From Myxococcota bacterium (lineage in GTDB: Bacteria; Myxococcota; UBA4151): a stretch of DNA of 31,765 nt. Position numbers and translations under genes: made by a program. Every line of letters starts with the position of its first letter. Positions within the stretch are counted from its first letter, which is position 1. Shown one piece after another: positions 15,484-25,016 of this stretch. The stretch spans positions 1-31,765 of the forward strand of contig JAYZBQ010000030.1 of assembly GCA_036338695.1 (NCBI GenBank). Direction: 5' to 3'. The notes beneath the pieces are model-generated. The model did not search any database and was not told the origin of the DNA. It saw only the letters and a list, made by a program, of their open reading frames with translations.

Positions 15484-17802
15484 ATGAAAGTGGTCAAAAG
15501 TTGGTTGTGGGTGATGTGCGCCTGTTTGATGGTCGCTGGCTGTGCGGAAGAAGAGCCGGACACGCCAGGCGTGGACGTCTGTCCAGCCGTTGAGGGTGCC
15601 CAGCCCGAGGCGACCTGTTCGAGCCGGGTTGACGGCAAAACGGGCGGCGAGGATTGTCGCTGCGAATGCGACACGCAGTGTGCTGCTGGGTACGTCTGTC
15701 AGCGCCACTTCTGCCTGCCAGCTGACTGCGAAGTCGACGACGACTGCGCTGACGGTCTGGTCTGTAACCCAGGAACCAACAGCTGCAGCGCGCCGGTTTG
15801 TGTCGCCAACGAAGAGTGCGGCGCAGGACAAGCCTGTATTGGCGGGACCTGCACGGATGCTCCGGACCCGGGCAGCGTCGCACGTTGTGAGGTGGTCGGC
15901 GCAACGGTGAGCCGCCAGGGCGAGGTGCTGTCGCTGGCCGCGACCTCGTACTCGAGCGGTGGCGCCGTGGTCAGCCAGATGAGCTACAGCTGGTCGGTAA
16001 CGGCGGGGAACACGGCGGCGACGATCGACGAGGCGACCGGTGCATTGACCGGTGCCGATGCAGACGGCGAGTGGACCGTGACGGCGGCGGTGCGCGATGC
16101 GGCGGGGCAAGCTGGCTCCGTGACCTGCACCCACACGGGCGCCAACTTCGCCGACGTGGGCGAGACCAGCTTCCGCGTGCTGGTCATGGACCAGCGCACC
16201 AACCAGCCGGTCTCGGGCGCCAAGGTGGTCCTGAGCGTCGATGGAAACACCTCCATGACGGAGACCCTGCCGAGCGGGCAGGCGCTCTTCGGTGACGTCG
16301 CTGGGACCGTTGATTGGGTCAGCGTCTTCTACGACACGGCTGAGCTTGGCGCAGACTACGTGACCCTAGTGGGTCCGCAGAACAACGACCTCGCCATCTT
16401 CTTGTTCACCACCGAGAAGGGAAAGAAGGCTGGCGTCGAGGGCTCCTTTGACTTCAGCTCGCTGCCCGATCGCCAGCTCAAGCTTGGCATCGCCGGCGCG
16501 TCGCTGGCTGGCAGCTTGGCGGATATCGACTTCATGATGCTGATCGGTGACATGGTGCAGACGCAAGTCGACATTCCGGGTCTTCCGATCCCGGACGAAG
16601 GGGTGCCGCTGCCGCAGGGCATCACCATGCAGTTCGGGCCCTCGGCGTTCAAAGACAAGTTCCAGGCGCTCACGCACTCCGGCACCCGTACGGTCTGGGG
16701 ATTGGGTGGTTCGTTCCGACTCGGCGCCATCACCGAGCTGCTCCCGACGATCGCCCCGCTGCTGGAAGATTCCTCCAGCGGACTCCCGCTTGGGCAGCTC
16801 CTAGGCGCCATCATGCCGTTGTTCTCACAGATGAGTCACGCCGCCAAGGTCGGCATCAAGGTTGACTCGGTCACCTGCTCAGAGGGTGCTCTGCCGAACG
16901 GCGACACGGTCGACTGCATCGAGGCTTTCGGCGGCAACTTTGACGAGCACACCCTGAATTTCAGCTCGGGGATGGACCTGAAGACCTCGTTCGCCATGCC
17001 GGCGCTGCCGCAAAAGGGTGACGGCTACCTGAGCGCCGTGCTCGGTTTGATCGGTGTGGATATGCCAGGGCAGGGGATGGTGCCGCTCGGTCTCGGCGTC
17101 GCCGTCGATGACCCGGACACCAGCGATGACACGCCAGGCGACGGTCAACTCAACGGCATGGACGGTGCTCCGGACGGCTCGATGACGGTCGGTTACGCCC
17201 GCTCCCACAGCGGTCTGGACGGTCAAGGTGTGTTGGGCTTGTTCCTCTCGCTGGACATCGACGGCCTGCTTGGTGGCGAGGGCGGCGACACGGCGCTCTC
17301 GGGCATCGTGGTGCACAAGGACAACTTCAGCCAGTGCTCAAACGTCGCAAGCTGTGCTCAAGAGCAGACCCGCGACGCGTTCATGGCGCTGCCCGCTGGC
17401 GCTACGTGGAACAGCCTGACCCGGTCCTACGCAGCGCCGACGCCGGACGCCAGCGCCGACTTCTACCGGTTTGGGCTCGAAGGCGACAACGGCAAGTGGA
17501 CGTTCTACCACGCAGCCGGCGCTCAGTTCACCGTCCCCGCTGTGCCGGAGGGCATGGAAGACCGGGCGGAGAACGCCACGGTGCAAGCCTTTGACCTGAC
17601 CGATGGCAAGACCCTCGACAGCATGATGGCGTTCAACGCCATGAACATGGACAACGTGAACAGCGTGACGTCGGCGTTCTCGTCGATTGACTGCGTCGGT
17701 GGCGGCGCAGGCTGCGCGTTGACCGAGTGCGACACGGAGAACGCCTGCGGCGACGGCTCAAGCTGCGTCGAAGGTGTCTGCGTCGAGGATGAGGAAGACT
17801 AA
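15484..17802 (+). CDS. Large acidic lipoprotein with Cys-rich repeats and Ig-like/carboxypeptidase-regulatory-like domains
   Basis: GAAGGA SD and lipobox VAGC. Repeated C..D..C..G..C units at both termini. Beta-rich middle section (NQPVSGAKVVL). Confidence 0.8.
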   Translation: MKVVKSWLWVMCACLMVAGCAEEEPDTPGVDVCPAVEGAQPEATCSSRVDGKTGGEDCRCECDTQCAAGYVCQRHFCLPADCEVDDDCADGLVCNPGTNSCSAPVCVANEECGAGQACIGGTCTDAPDPGSVARCEVVGATVSRQGEVLSLAATSYSSGGAVVSQMSYSWSVTAGNTAATIDEATGALTGADADGEWTVTAAVRDAAGQAGSVTCTHTGANFADVGETSFRVLVMDQRTNQPVSGAKVVLSVDGNTSMTETLPSGQALFGDVAGTVDWVSVFYDTAELGADYVTLVGPQNNDLAIFLFTTEKGKKAGVEGSFDFSSLPDRQLKLGIAGASLAGSLADIDFMMLIGDMVQTQVDIPGLPIPDEGVPLPQGITMQFGPSAFKDKFQALTHSGTRTVWGLGGSFRLGAITELLPTIAPLLEDSSSGLPLGQLLGAIMPLFSQMSHAAKVGIKVDSVTCSEGALPNGDTVDCIEAFGGNFDEHTLNFSSGMDLKTSFAMPALPQKGDGYLSAVLGLIGVDMPGQGMVPLGLGVAVDDPDTSDDTPGDGQLNGMDGAPDGSMTVGYARSHSGLDGQGVLGLFLSLDIDGLLGGEGGDTALSGIVVHKDNFSQCSNVASCAQEQTRDAFMALPAGATWNSLTRSYAAPTPDASADFYRFGLEGDNGKWTFYHAAGAQFTVPAVPEGMEDRAENATVQAFDLTDGKTLDSMMAFNAMNMDNVNSVTSAFSSIDCVGGGAGCALTECDTENACGDGSSCVEGVCVEDEED

Positions 17803-17831
17803 GCGCTCCCTACATCTCGTAGGAATGGTTG

Positions 17832-17869
17832 GAATCAGGGCGCCGTCGGGCGCCCTGATTCTGTTTTTT
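17832..17869 (+). terminator. Intrinsic terminator
   Basis: 13-bp perfect stem GAATCAGGGCGCC / GGCGCCCTGATTC with a GTCG loop, then TGTTTTTT. Confidence 0.9.
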
Positions 17870-17930
17870 GAACGCTGTTCTTCGATGAATCCTTTTGGCG
17901 AATGCAGAATCTCATGATAGCGTCGCCGCC

Positions 17931-18755
17931 ATGGTCGATCCGTCAGAAAGCACAGTGATTACCGTGATCTCGGGGGTCAGCCGCGGGCTGATGGATCGCG
18001 GTGACGCCTGCCTGGTCGTCACCTACGGGGCGGAGCTGGGTCGTCGCTACGTCCTCGACCGTCCCGAGATGGTGGTGGGTCGCAGCAGGGGCTGTGACAT
18101 TCACCTTGAGCAAGATAGCACGTCCCGCCGCCACGCCGTGGTTCGGTACAGCGCAGGCGCCTATCAAGTTCAGGACATGGGCAGCACCAACGGGACATCT
18201 GTCAATGATGAGACGGTGAGTGATCGCCGCCTCGAAGATGGTGACGAGTTGAGGTTTGGTCGCACCGTCATGAAGTTTCTGGCGGGCGAGGAGCTTGAGC
18301 GAAAGTATCGAGAGTGCCTCGTGGCTGTCGCTCGGACCGATGGACTGACGGGCGCGACGACAGCCTCCGCCTTTCATGAGCTTGTCGCCGACGAGGGCGC
18401 CCGAGCGAGGCGCTATCAGCGCTGGTTAAGCCTGGTGACCCTCGAGCTCACTGGCTGGGACGCCTACGCCGACCAGGCGGGGCGCATCTACTCCGACTTG
18501 CGCCTCCGACGCATTGCGCAGTTGATCGGAGGCCAGCTTCGGACGAGCGATGTGCTTGCGCGAATGGATGAGTCCGAGTTCGCCATGTTGCTCCCTGAGA
18601 CGAGCCAAGAGCAGGTCTCAGGCTATGTCGAGCGCGTGTCCGAGTTGATCGCTGATGAGCTGGACGGCTTGTCTTTGACGGTCGGTTCCTGCTCCGCCTT
18701 TGGCGATGAGTGCAGCGAGCGCAAGCTTTGGTCTGAGGCGCGTAGGCGCCGCTAG
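17931..18755 (+). CDS. FHA domain plus degenerate GGDEF domain protein
   Basis: Canonical FHA (GR, SRRH, STNGT). GGDEF fold from TDGLTG to RTSDVLARMDESEFAMLLPET. Start uncertain (TTG 17895 or ATG 17931). Confidence 0.85.
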   Translation: MVDPSESTVITVISGVSRGLMDRGDACLVVTYGAELGRRYVLDRPEMVVGRSRGCDIHLEQDSTSRRHAVVRYSAGAYQVQDMGSTNGTSVNDETVSDRRLEDGDELRFGRTVMKFLAGEELERKYRECLVAVARTDGLTGATTASAFHELVADEGARARRYQRWLSLVTLELTGWDAYADQAGRIYSDLRLRRIAQLIGGQLRTSDVLARMDESEFAMLLPETSQEQVSGYVERVSELIADELDGLSLTVGSCSAFGDECSERKLWSEARRRR

Positions 18756-20323
18756 AAGGGGGGCAGAGCGACGGAGAACATGCCGTCGCTGTTGACCACC
18801 GTTTCACCGAGCACCACCGCAGCCCCATCAAATGTCTTCCATGGAGCGAGAACGCTAAGGACCGCGTTCCCTTGGGTCTCTTGTGCATCCGGTCGCATCA
18901 GGCTCCCTGTCAGCATGATGCCGTCGTCGATTACCAGGTTCAGGCTCTGTGAACCCAGCAGCGTCATCTCCACCAGTACGCGCGGCGACGGCGGCGCCGG
19001 GACCGCAGAGATAAAGGTCGCGCCGTTTTGGACTTTGAGTGAGAAGGCGCCGGTCTCATCGGTGAGCGCCTCTGCTTGGATCTCGGACTGGCGGGAGACG
19101 ATCCGAACGTTAACCGCCGGCGCACCGTCTGGTGTGACCACACGCCCTGTCAACTCGATCAAGGGCTCAAGCGGGATCACGAGGGCATTGGTCGCCCCGT
19201 TGCGAACCTCCACCTCACGGTTGAGCACCGGCGCAAATCCGGTCGATGACTCCGGCAGAAGGTCGATCGAGTAGCGACCCAAGGGGAGCTCGATCTGCGT
19301 GGCGGTGGCGCCGCTCAACGCTAATCGATGGACCACCCTGCCCTTCGCAGCGAGGGGACGCACGCGCAGTTCGCCGACGACCGGCAGGGAGCTCAGCTCG
19401 AGGGGATTGCTGGTCGTCACGCTCAACAGGCTGCGCCCTGTCTCGATCGGGAACACGACCTCCCCGAGGTCTGGCTGCTCTGGGTCGAGCTCGATCGGCT
19501 CGGTCACCGCGGCCGGATGCTGCGCACGCGGACCGCGACCGAGCAACACGACCTGATCCATGTCGGGGTGGGCGCGAAACCGGAACCGACCCTCGTCGTC
19601 AACGCCGATATGGTTCCCCACGTAGCGACCGTCTGAGTCGATGATTTGGAGGGTGAGCTGCTCCGTGTCCGGTGTGCCGAGTTCTTGCAGGCGGGCGAAG
19701 GCTTGCACGCGGTCACCGTCGGCGCTCACGAGCTGCCCCGTGTAGACCGGGTATTCGGTGGCAGCTGGGACCTCGATGACGACGGCGCCGTCAGCGATCC
19801 GGTCGCCGGTGATTTGCCGTAGCGTCGTTCGAGGCGGTGCTGGGATCTCGTCACCGATCGGGGTCACGTCAAGGCTCCACACCGAGCCTTGGGTCAGCTG
19901 CAGTCGAAAGTGTCCGTCGGCGTCCGTCCTCGCTTGGCGCACGACCGGGTGCCCCTCGACCGACTCGGTGAGTCGGGCGACGATCGCCGCCTCGATCCCT
20001 TTATCCTCTGTGGTGACCACCCGCCCGACCACGACACGCTCATGGCTCAGCGCGGTGTCAAACTGGGTGCTGTTGGACAGATCGACGCTTTTTAGGTGCT
20101 GAATTTGATCACCCAGTCGCACGGCGATAGCGACCTCGCGAAACTCCTGCATAACGTCCGTGCAGGTGCCAAATGAGCAGCGGTAGCTAGGTGGGCAGGG
20201 CGACGCGCTGCTGCAAACGAGCGGCGCGCTGGCTGCCTCGTCCATAAACGGGAGCCCGGCAAAACTGAGCTCAGCGCAGTTGGCGAGGCTGAGCATTAAC
20301 ACGGCTGCGTTGAGGTATCTCAT
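18752..20323 (-). CDS. Probable lipoprotein with repeated carboxypeptidase-regulatory-like beta-sandwich domains
   Basis: MRYLNAAVLMLSLANC signal and a Cys-rich unit CSSASPCPPSYRCSFGTC. Repeated G.V...(T)D..G.F motifs. ATGA overlap with the upstream gene. Confidence 0.72.
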   Translation of the reverse strand: MRYLNAAVLMLSLANCAELSFAGLPFMDEAASAPLVCSSASPCPPSYRCSFGTCTDVMQEFREVAIAVRLGDQIQHLKSVDLSNSTQFDTALSHERVVVGRVVTTEDKGIEAAIVARLTESVEGHPVVRQARTDADGHFRLQLTQGSVWSLDVTPIGDEIPAPPRTTLRQITGDRIADGAVVIEVPAATEYPVYTGQLVSADGDRVQAFARLQELGTPDTEQLTLQIIDSDGRYVGNHIGVDDEGRFRFRAHPDMDQVVLLGRGPRAQHPAAVTEPIELDPEQPDLGEVVFPIETGRSLLSVTTSNPLELSSLPVVGELRVRPLAAKGRVVHRLALSGATATQIELPLGRYSIDLLPESSTGFAPVLNREVEVRNGATNALVIPLEPLIELTGRVVTPDGAPAVNVRIVSRQSEIQAEALTDETGAFSLKVQNGATFISAVPAPPSPRVLVEMTLLGSQSLNLVIDDGIMLTGSLMRPDAQETQGNAVLSVLAPWKTFDGAAVVLGETVVNSDGMFSVALPPF

Positions 20324-20925
20324 GGCGTTGCGCTCCCGCCCGGGCAGGGCGTATCCGCGGTAAAGCGGATGAGCCACCAGGCGCGGTCAAGCTTAGCCTC
20401 GTCCGGTACGCGACGATTGGGGGGATCACCCGGTTCGTAGTTGCGATCCGACACCCACGCCTCGAGGCGGTGGTAGCCTTCGGGCGCAAGCTCGATACCG
20501 TTTGGGAACTGTCGGGGGCTCTGAGGTTCCAGGACAAAGCTCGGCGCCTCACGCGCCGTGTCGGTCTGCTCACTCCCTAGTAGGTTATCCTGAACTACAA
20601 AGGGGCGGCTCTGCGAGTCGTAATCGATAAACCAACGTACGAACAAGCGATCCTGCAGGTCTTGCTCCTCGATCACGCCGAGCTGAAACAGGTGCTGGTC
20701 GCAGTTGGCGTTCAAGGTGACAACTCCTTCTGGCGGGCTGACTTGTCCCGGCACGATCGACGGCGGCCGGTTCACCACGGGCGGGTTCTCGGCGATGATC
20801 ATCCCGTCGACCTGAGACAGACAGCTCGTCCCCACTAGGAGCAGGGTCCACGCCAGAACGTGTTTTGTTCTCCAAGTCACTGACTTAACAGTTTTGATAA
20901 GCAGGCGGGCTGACATCGTTATCAT
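20320..20925 (-). CDS. Hypothetical lipoprotein
   Basis: LLLVGTSC lipobox-like segment, then NRPP.I and D.L.VRWFIDY. Coupled to both neighbours. Start uncertain. Confidence 0.65.
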   Translation of the reverse strand: MITMSARLLIKTVKSVTWRTKHVLAWTLLLVGTSCLSQVDGMIIAENPPVVNRPPSIVPGQVSPPEGVVTLNANCDQHLFQLGVIEEQDLQDRLFVRWFIDYDSQSRPFVVQDNLLGSEQTDTAREAPSFVLEPQSPRQFPNGIELAPEGYHRLEAWVSDRNYEPGDPPNRRVPDEAKLDRAWWLIRFTADTPCPGGSATP

Positions 20926-22673
20926 GACGACTGCCTAGTATTTAGGCGGTTTAGGTGCCGGTAGATGGTTCGAGGGTCGATGTCGAGTCGCTTGGCTGCC
21001 TCGGTCCGGTTGCCGCCCGCTCGAGCCACCGTCTCTCGGATCAGCCGCGTCTTGAACTCTTCGACGGCGTCCGCAAGCGAGTGCTGTGAGGACGGTAGCT
21101 CGGCTAAGCCAAGGTCTTGAGCCGTCAGGATACGGTCGGTGGGATCGCTCATAAGACAGGCTCTGCGCAGCCGGTTACGAAGTTCCCGGACGTTGCCCGG
21201 CCAATCGTGTTGCAACAGCGCTGCCGCAGCCTCAGGCGCAAGCGTCCACGGTGCGTCCTCCTCCATCAAAAAGGCGCGCGCCAGGACGAGTACATCGTCG
21301 CCTCGTGCCCGCAGCGGCGGAAGCTCAACATCGACGACGCGCAAGCGATAGTAGAGATCCTCGCGAAAAGAGGCGTCAGCGATCGCCGCCTCAAGGTCAA
21401 CGTGCGTCGCCGCCAAGAAGCGCACGTCGATCGGTAGGGCGCGGTCGCCGCCGACAGGGGTGAGTTGGCATTCTTGGAGGACACGCAGCAGCTTGACTTG
21501 CAGCGGCAAGGGCATCTCGCCGATCTCGTCCAGGAGCACGGTGCCGCCGTTGGCTTCGAGCAGGCGGCCCTTGCGGTCTCTCACCGCGCCGGTGAACGCG
21601 CCCTTTTTATGACCGAACAGCTCCGATTCCAGCAGCTCTCCAGGGATGGCCCCACAGTTGAGCGCCACAAAGGGTTTGCCTTTGCGCGCCGAGCGCTCGT
21701 GCAGCTCTTGCGCCACGAGCTCTTTACCGGTCCCGGTCTCACCGAGGATGAGCACCGGGGCGTCGGCGCGCGCCAGCCGCTCGATCCGGTCAAAGACTTT
21801 CTCCATGGCGGGCGAGCTGCCGATCATACGTCCCGATCGGACGGCCTCGAGCCGGGCGCGTAGCACCGCCTGCTCCGCCTCGAGGGTTTCAAGCCGCTCT
21901 GCGAGCGCTACCAGGATGCCGGCTTGGGCGCTGAAGACTTCGAGCACCTTGAGGGTGTCGGTCTCGAACCGGTGGACCGGGCGTGAGCAGCCGAGGTGGA
22001 TGAGTCCACGGAGTGTGCCATCGACCCAGAAGGGCAGACCGATCGCTGCCTTGAGCCGGAGATCGATCACCGACTGCGCCTGCGCGAAGAGGGTGTGGTC
22101 CATCACATCGGCGATCAGCAGCGGGTGTCGCCGGCCTTGCACCTCTTTGAGCAGCGTATCCGAAAGCAAGACCGGCTCCGCCGTCGTCTGCGCTTGGCCA
22201 GAGCGCGCGGCGACCTTTGCGCCACCGTCAGCCTCGAGCAAAACGATGTAGCCGCTGTCGGCTTCGGCGAGCGCCACGCAGTGTTCGAGCAGCGTGTCGA
22301 GCAGCATGGTGGGGCTGGCGCCTGTCTGGATACTGCGGGCGAACTCGAGCAAGCGCTCGAGGTCTCGATGATCCACCGGTTGGTGTGGCTCCGCCTCTTT
22401 GGGCTGCTCCATGTGATAGGTAAGCTGGAGTGGGCCGATCTCGATTCGATCCCCGTCACCCAGCAGTGTCTCTTTGATTTTGGCGCCGTTGACCCGTGTG
22501 CTTGCGCGCGCCAGGAGTCGGTGGGTTCCCGCTTCGGCGAGCAGCTGGAAATGACCCGCGGCGATGCCGTCAACCGCTGGGAGCTGCAGATCACAGCCTG
22601 CGCCCGTACCGACGACGCTCAGCGGTCGGTAGAGCTCATGCGTCTCACCGTCAGGGGCTTTGAGGAAGGGCAT
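20922..22673 (-). CDS. Sigma54-dependent Fis-family enhancer-binding protein (FHA-like, GAF, AAA+, HTH)
   Basis: GETGTGKE, ESELFGH.KGAFTGA, LLDEIGE, FREDLYYRL, WPGNVREL and a C-terminal GNRTEAAKRLDI HTH. Confidence 0.95.
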   Translation of the reverse strand: MPFLKAPDGETHELYRPLSVVGTGAGCDLQLPAVDGIAAGHFQLLAEAGTHRLLARASTRVNGAKIKETLLGDGDRIEIGPLQLTYHMEQPKEAEPHQPVDHRDLERLLEFARSIQTGASPTMLLDTLLEHCVALAEADSGYIVLLEADGGAKVAARSGQAQTTAEPVLLSDTLLKEVQGRRHPLLIADVMDHTLFAQAQSVIDLRLKAAIGLPFWVDGTLRGLIHLGCSRPVHRFETDTLKVLEVFSAQAGILVALAERLETLEAEQAVLRARLEAVRSGRMIGSSPAMEKVFDRIERLARADAPVLILGETGTGKELVAQELHERSARKGKPFVALNCGAIPGELLESELFGHKKGAFTGAVRDRKGRLLEANGGTVLLDEIGEMPLPLQVKLLRVLQECQLTPVGGDRALPIDVRFLAATHVDLEAAIADASFREDLYYRLRVVDVELPPLRARGDDVLVLARAFLMEEDAPWTLAPEAAAALLQHDWPGNVRELRNRLRRACLMSDPTDRILTAQDLGLAELPSSQHSLADAVEEFKTRLIRETVARAGGNRTEAAKRLDIDPRTIYRHLNRLNTRQSS

Positions 22674-23316
22674 CGCGCCGCTCCTTCCGGGCGAGCCACA
22701 AGTCGACGGCTAAGGCTCCCGCACCGAGCACGGCGCCCGTGTATTGAAGGTAGGTCCATCGCTGAAGCTCATCGACCCGGTTCTCGGGGATACCGCCGAG
22801 CGGGTCACGCTGCTGCTCAGCCATCCACCAACTAAAGACGTTGAGGCCGAGTCCGGCGAGCTGAATCCCACCCACGGTGAGCCCCGTCTCGAGATCCCCG
22901 TGCGACCAGTGGCAGTACCCAAAGGGCGCAACGCACCGGTAGTGGCGCACGTGCGAGACCACCCGGACGACGCGTTCGACGACGGTAGGTTGGGGGGGCG
23001 GAACCTCTTTGACGAGCGCATCGAACCAAGCCCGCTCAGCGGGCGGGTTGAGGAACGGGTCGAGCCCTTGCCCCGGCGCGAGCCGCAGCGCCGCACGCGC
23101 CAAATGATCCGCTTGCGCCAGGCGTTTGCTGCGGAAGTGGCAGACCGCTGCGAGTCGGTAAAGCTCACCTTTACCGGCGCGGCTGCGCGTCGCCTTGACC
23201 CCAGCGCTTAAGCCTTGGGTGACCTTCTGGCATTGACCTAACTCAAAGGCTTGGCGCGCCGTCTCGAGGTCTGAGCCGAGCGTCAGGACTAGGGTGAGGA
23301 GCAATCCACTTGCCAA
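22651..23316 (-). CDS. Hypothetical exported/membrane protein with a TPR-like N-terminus
   Basis: Signal-like N-terminus, helical A/L-rich region, LDPF..PP, APFG and two hydrophobic C-terminal segments. Overlaps both neighbours. Confidence 0.6.
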   Translation of the reverse strand: MASGLLLTLVLTLGSDLETARQAFELGQCQKVTQGLSAGVKATRSRAGKGELYRLAAVCHFRSKRLAQADHLARAALRLAPGQGLDPFLNPPAERAWFDALVKEVPPPQPTVVERVVRVVSHVRHYRCVAPFGYCHWSHGDLETGLTVGGIQLAGLGLNVFSWWMAEQQRDPLGGIPENRVDELQRWTYLQYTGAVLGAGALAVDLWLARKERRDALPQSP

Positions 23317-25010
23317 CGGTGTAACCCACCTGCTTCGAGTTGAAGCTCAAATTCTCGTCTGCAGTCGCCCGCCTCATACCTCATAGTGGTCTGTTCGCGG
23401 AAGCGTCCATCGGGCAGCTCGATGTTGATCTCGTTGACACCTTGGAGCAGGGCAAAGCGCTGTTCGAGCGCATAGAGTGTGGCAGGTACTTGGCTGTCGA
23501 TACGGACCCGCGCAGGTCGAAAGCGTCGAATCCTTGTCGTGAGGGCTTGGCCACCGCCTGGCGCGGAGCCCGGGAGCCGCACGGAGCGGATCAGTGGGTC
23601 GGCTAGGTCGTGCCGAAGCTCGAGCTGATAATCGCCCGCCGGGAGCTCGAGCGTGTGCTTGGGCGCGCCCGCTCGAAGACGCTTGCCAGCCAGCCACACC
23701 TCAGCCCAGGGAAACACCTGGATGCTCAGTGTGTACTGACGGATGCGGCGCGTCGCAGCGGCAGTGGGCGCGGGTTCTGGCTCCTTGCTCGGCTCGATGG
23801 CAACCGGCGTATCGATGGTGCGTTGCCGGAACTTTGGCGAGCGCGTCGTGACCTGAGCTTGAGCGGTCTCAGGTGCGGCAGAGTCAGCGGCGATGCGGTT
23901 GAGCAGCCACTGTGAGCCGAGCGTGAGCAGCAAGGTGAGCGCCAACGTCGCGCCAATCGCTGGTCTCAGCCACGACTTCTGCAGCGGGCTGTTCACCTGT
24001 TTGAGGAGGTCCACGCGCTCGGGATCGAGCGCCACCACGCGATTCGCGAGCGCCACCGCCTCCGGCCAGCGACGATGACGCATGGCGTCTTCGGTGGCGT
24101 CGGTCAGCCGTTTGACCTGCTGTTCACGCCAGGCAGCCGTGGTCACCTGGGGGTTCTGGACGATGAGTTTGCACGCCTGCTGGAGCGACCCGAGCCAGGG
24201 CGGCATGATCAACTCGAGGCGATCGAGAAAGTCTTGGAGTGAGTCGTAGCGGTCAGCTGGGTCGCGCTGCAGCAGCTGCTCGATCGCCTCCGCAAGGCTT
24301 GAATTAATGGCGGGTACGAGCCGGCTGAGCGGGGTGAACTCGGCTTTGTCGATCATCCGGAAAATAGCGGCCGGATTCGGACCATCGAAGGGGCTCTGTC
24401 CGGACGCCAGCTCATAGAGCACCGTGCCGAGGCTGAACTGATCGGATCGCTCATCGGCGCGCGCCCCATTGATCACCTCAGGCGCCATGTGCGCCGGCGA
24501 GCCGACCAGCGCTCCGGTCACGGTCAGCCCTTTGGTGTCCTCGAGGCGAGCGATCCCAAAGTCCATGAGCTTAACCGCACCGTCGGCGCCCACCATGACG
24601 TTCCCTGGTTTGATGTCACGGTGGACGACTTGATGGTTGTGGGCGTGCAAAAGCGCTCTCGTCAGTGGAACAGCAACCGAGAGGAGGGATTCAGGTGGGC
24701 TGAAGTGGCAGCGGTTAAGCAGCTCGCGCAGGGTCTCGCCGTTGAGGTACTCCATCACGAGGTACTGGCGATCGTCTTCTTCTTCACTCCAGTGGAACAC
24801 TTGGACAATGTTGGGATGAGCGAGCCGACCGACGGCTTTGGCCTCGGCGCGAAAGCGAGCCCGGCCTTCCGCGCTGGCGACCAGCGCTGGGTGGAGGACC
24901 TTGAGCGCGACGTCTCGGTCGAGACGAGCGTCTCGTGCTCGATAGACCATCCCCATGCCGCCCTCGCCGACGAGGTCCTGAAGCACAAAGCCGCCGAGCT
25001 CTTCGTCCAC
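23289..25010 (-). CDS. Hanks-type Ser/Thr protein kinase with a TM helix and PEGA-like extracytoplasmic region
   Basis: GEGGMG.V, VALK, HRDIKPGN, DFG, APE and DQFSLG. TM segment AIGATLALTLLLTLG. VFPWAEVWL..K motif. Confidence 0.95.
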   Translation of the reverse strand: MDEELGGFVLQDLVGEGGMGMVYRARDARLDRDVALKVLHPALVASAEGRARFRAEAKAVGRLAHPNIVQVFHWSEEEDDRQYLVMEYLNGETLRELLNRCHFSPPESLLSVAVPLTRALLHAHNHQVVHRDIKPGNVMVGADGAVKLMDFGIARLEDTKGLTVTGALVGSPAHMAPEVINGARADERSDQFSLGTVLYELASGQSPFDGPNPAAIFRMIDKAEFTPLSRLVPAINSSLAEAIEQLLQRDPADRYDSLQDFLDRLELIMPPWLGSLQQACKLIVQNPQVTTAAWREQQVKRLTDATEDAMRHRRWPEAVALANRVVALDPERVDLLKQVNSPLQKSWLRPAIGATLALTLLLTLGSQWLLNRIAADSAAPETAQAQVTTRSPKFRQRTIDTPVAIEPSKEPEPAPTAAATRRIRQYTLSIQVFPWAEVWLAGKRLRAGAPKHTLELPAGDYQLELRHDLADPLIRSVRLPGSAPGGGQALTTRIRRFRPARVRIDSQVPATLYALEQRFALLQGVNEINIELPDGRFREQTTMRYEAGDCRREFELQLEAGGLHRWQVDCSSP

Positions 25011-25016
25011 TAAGTT

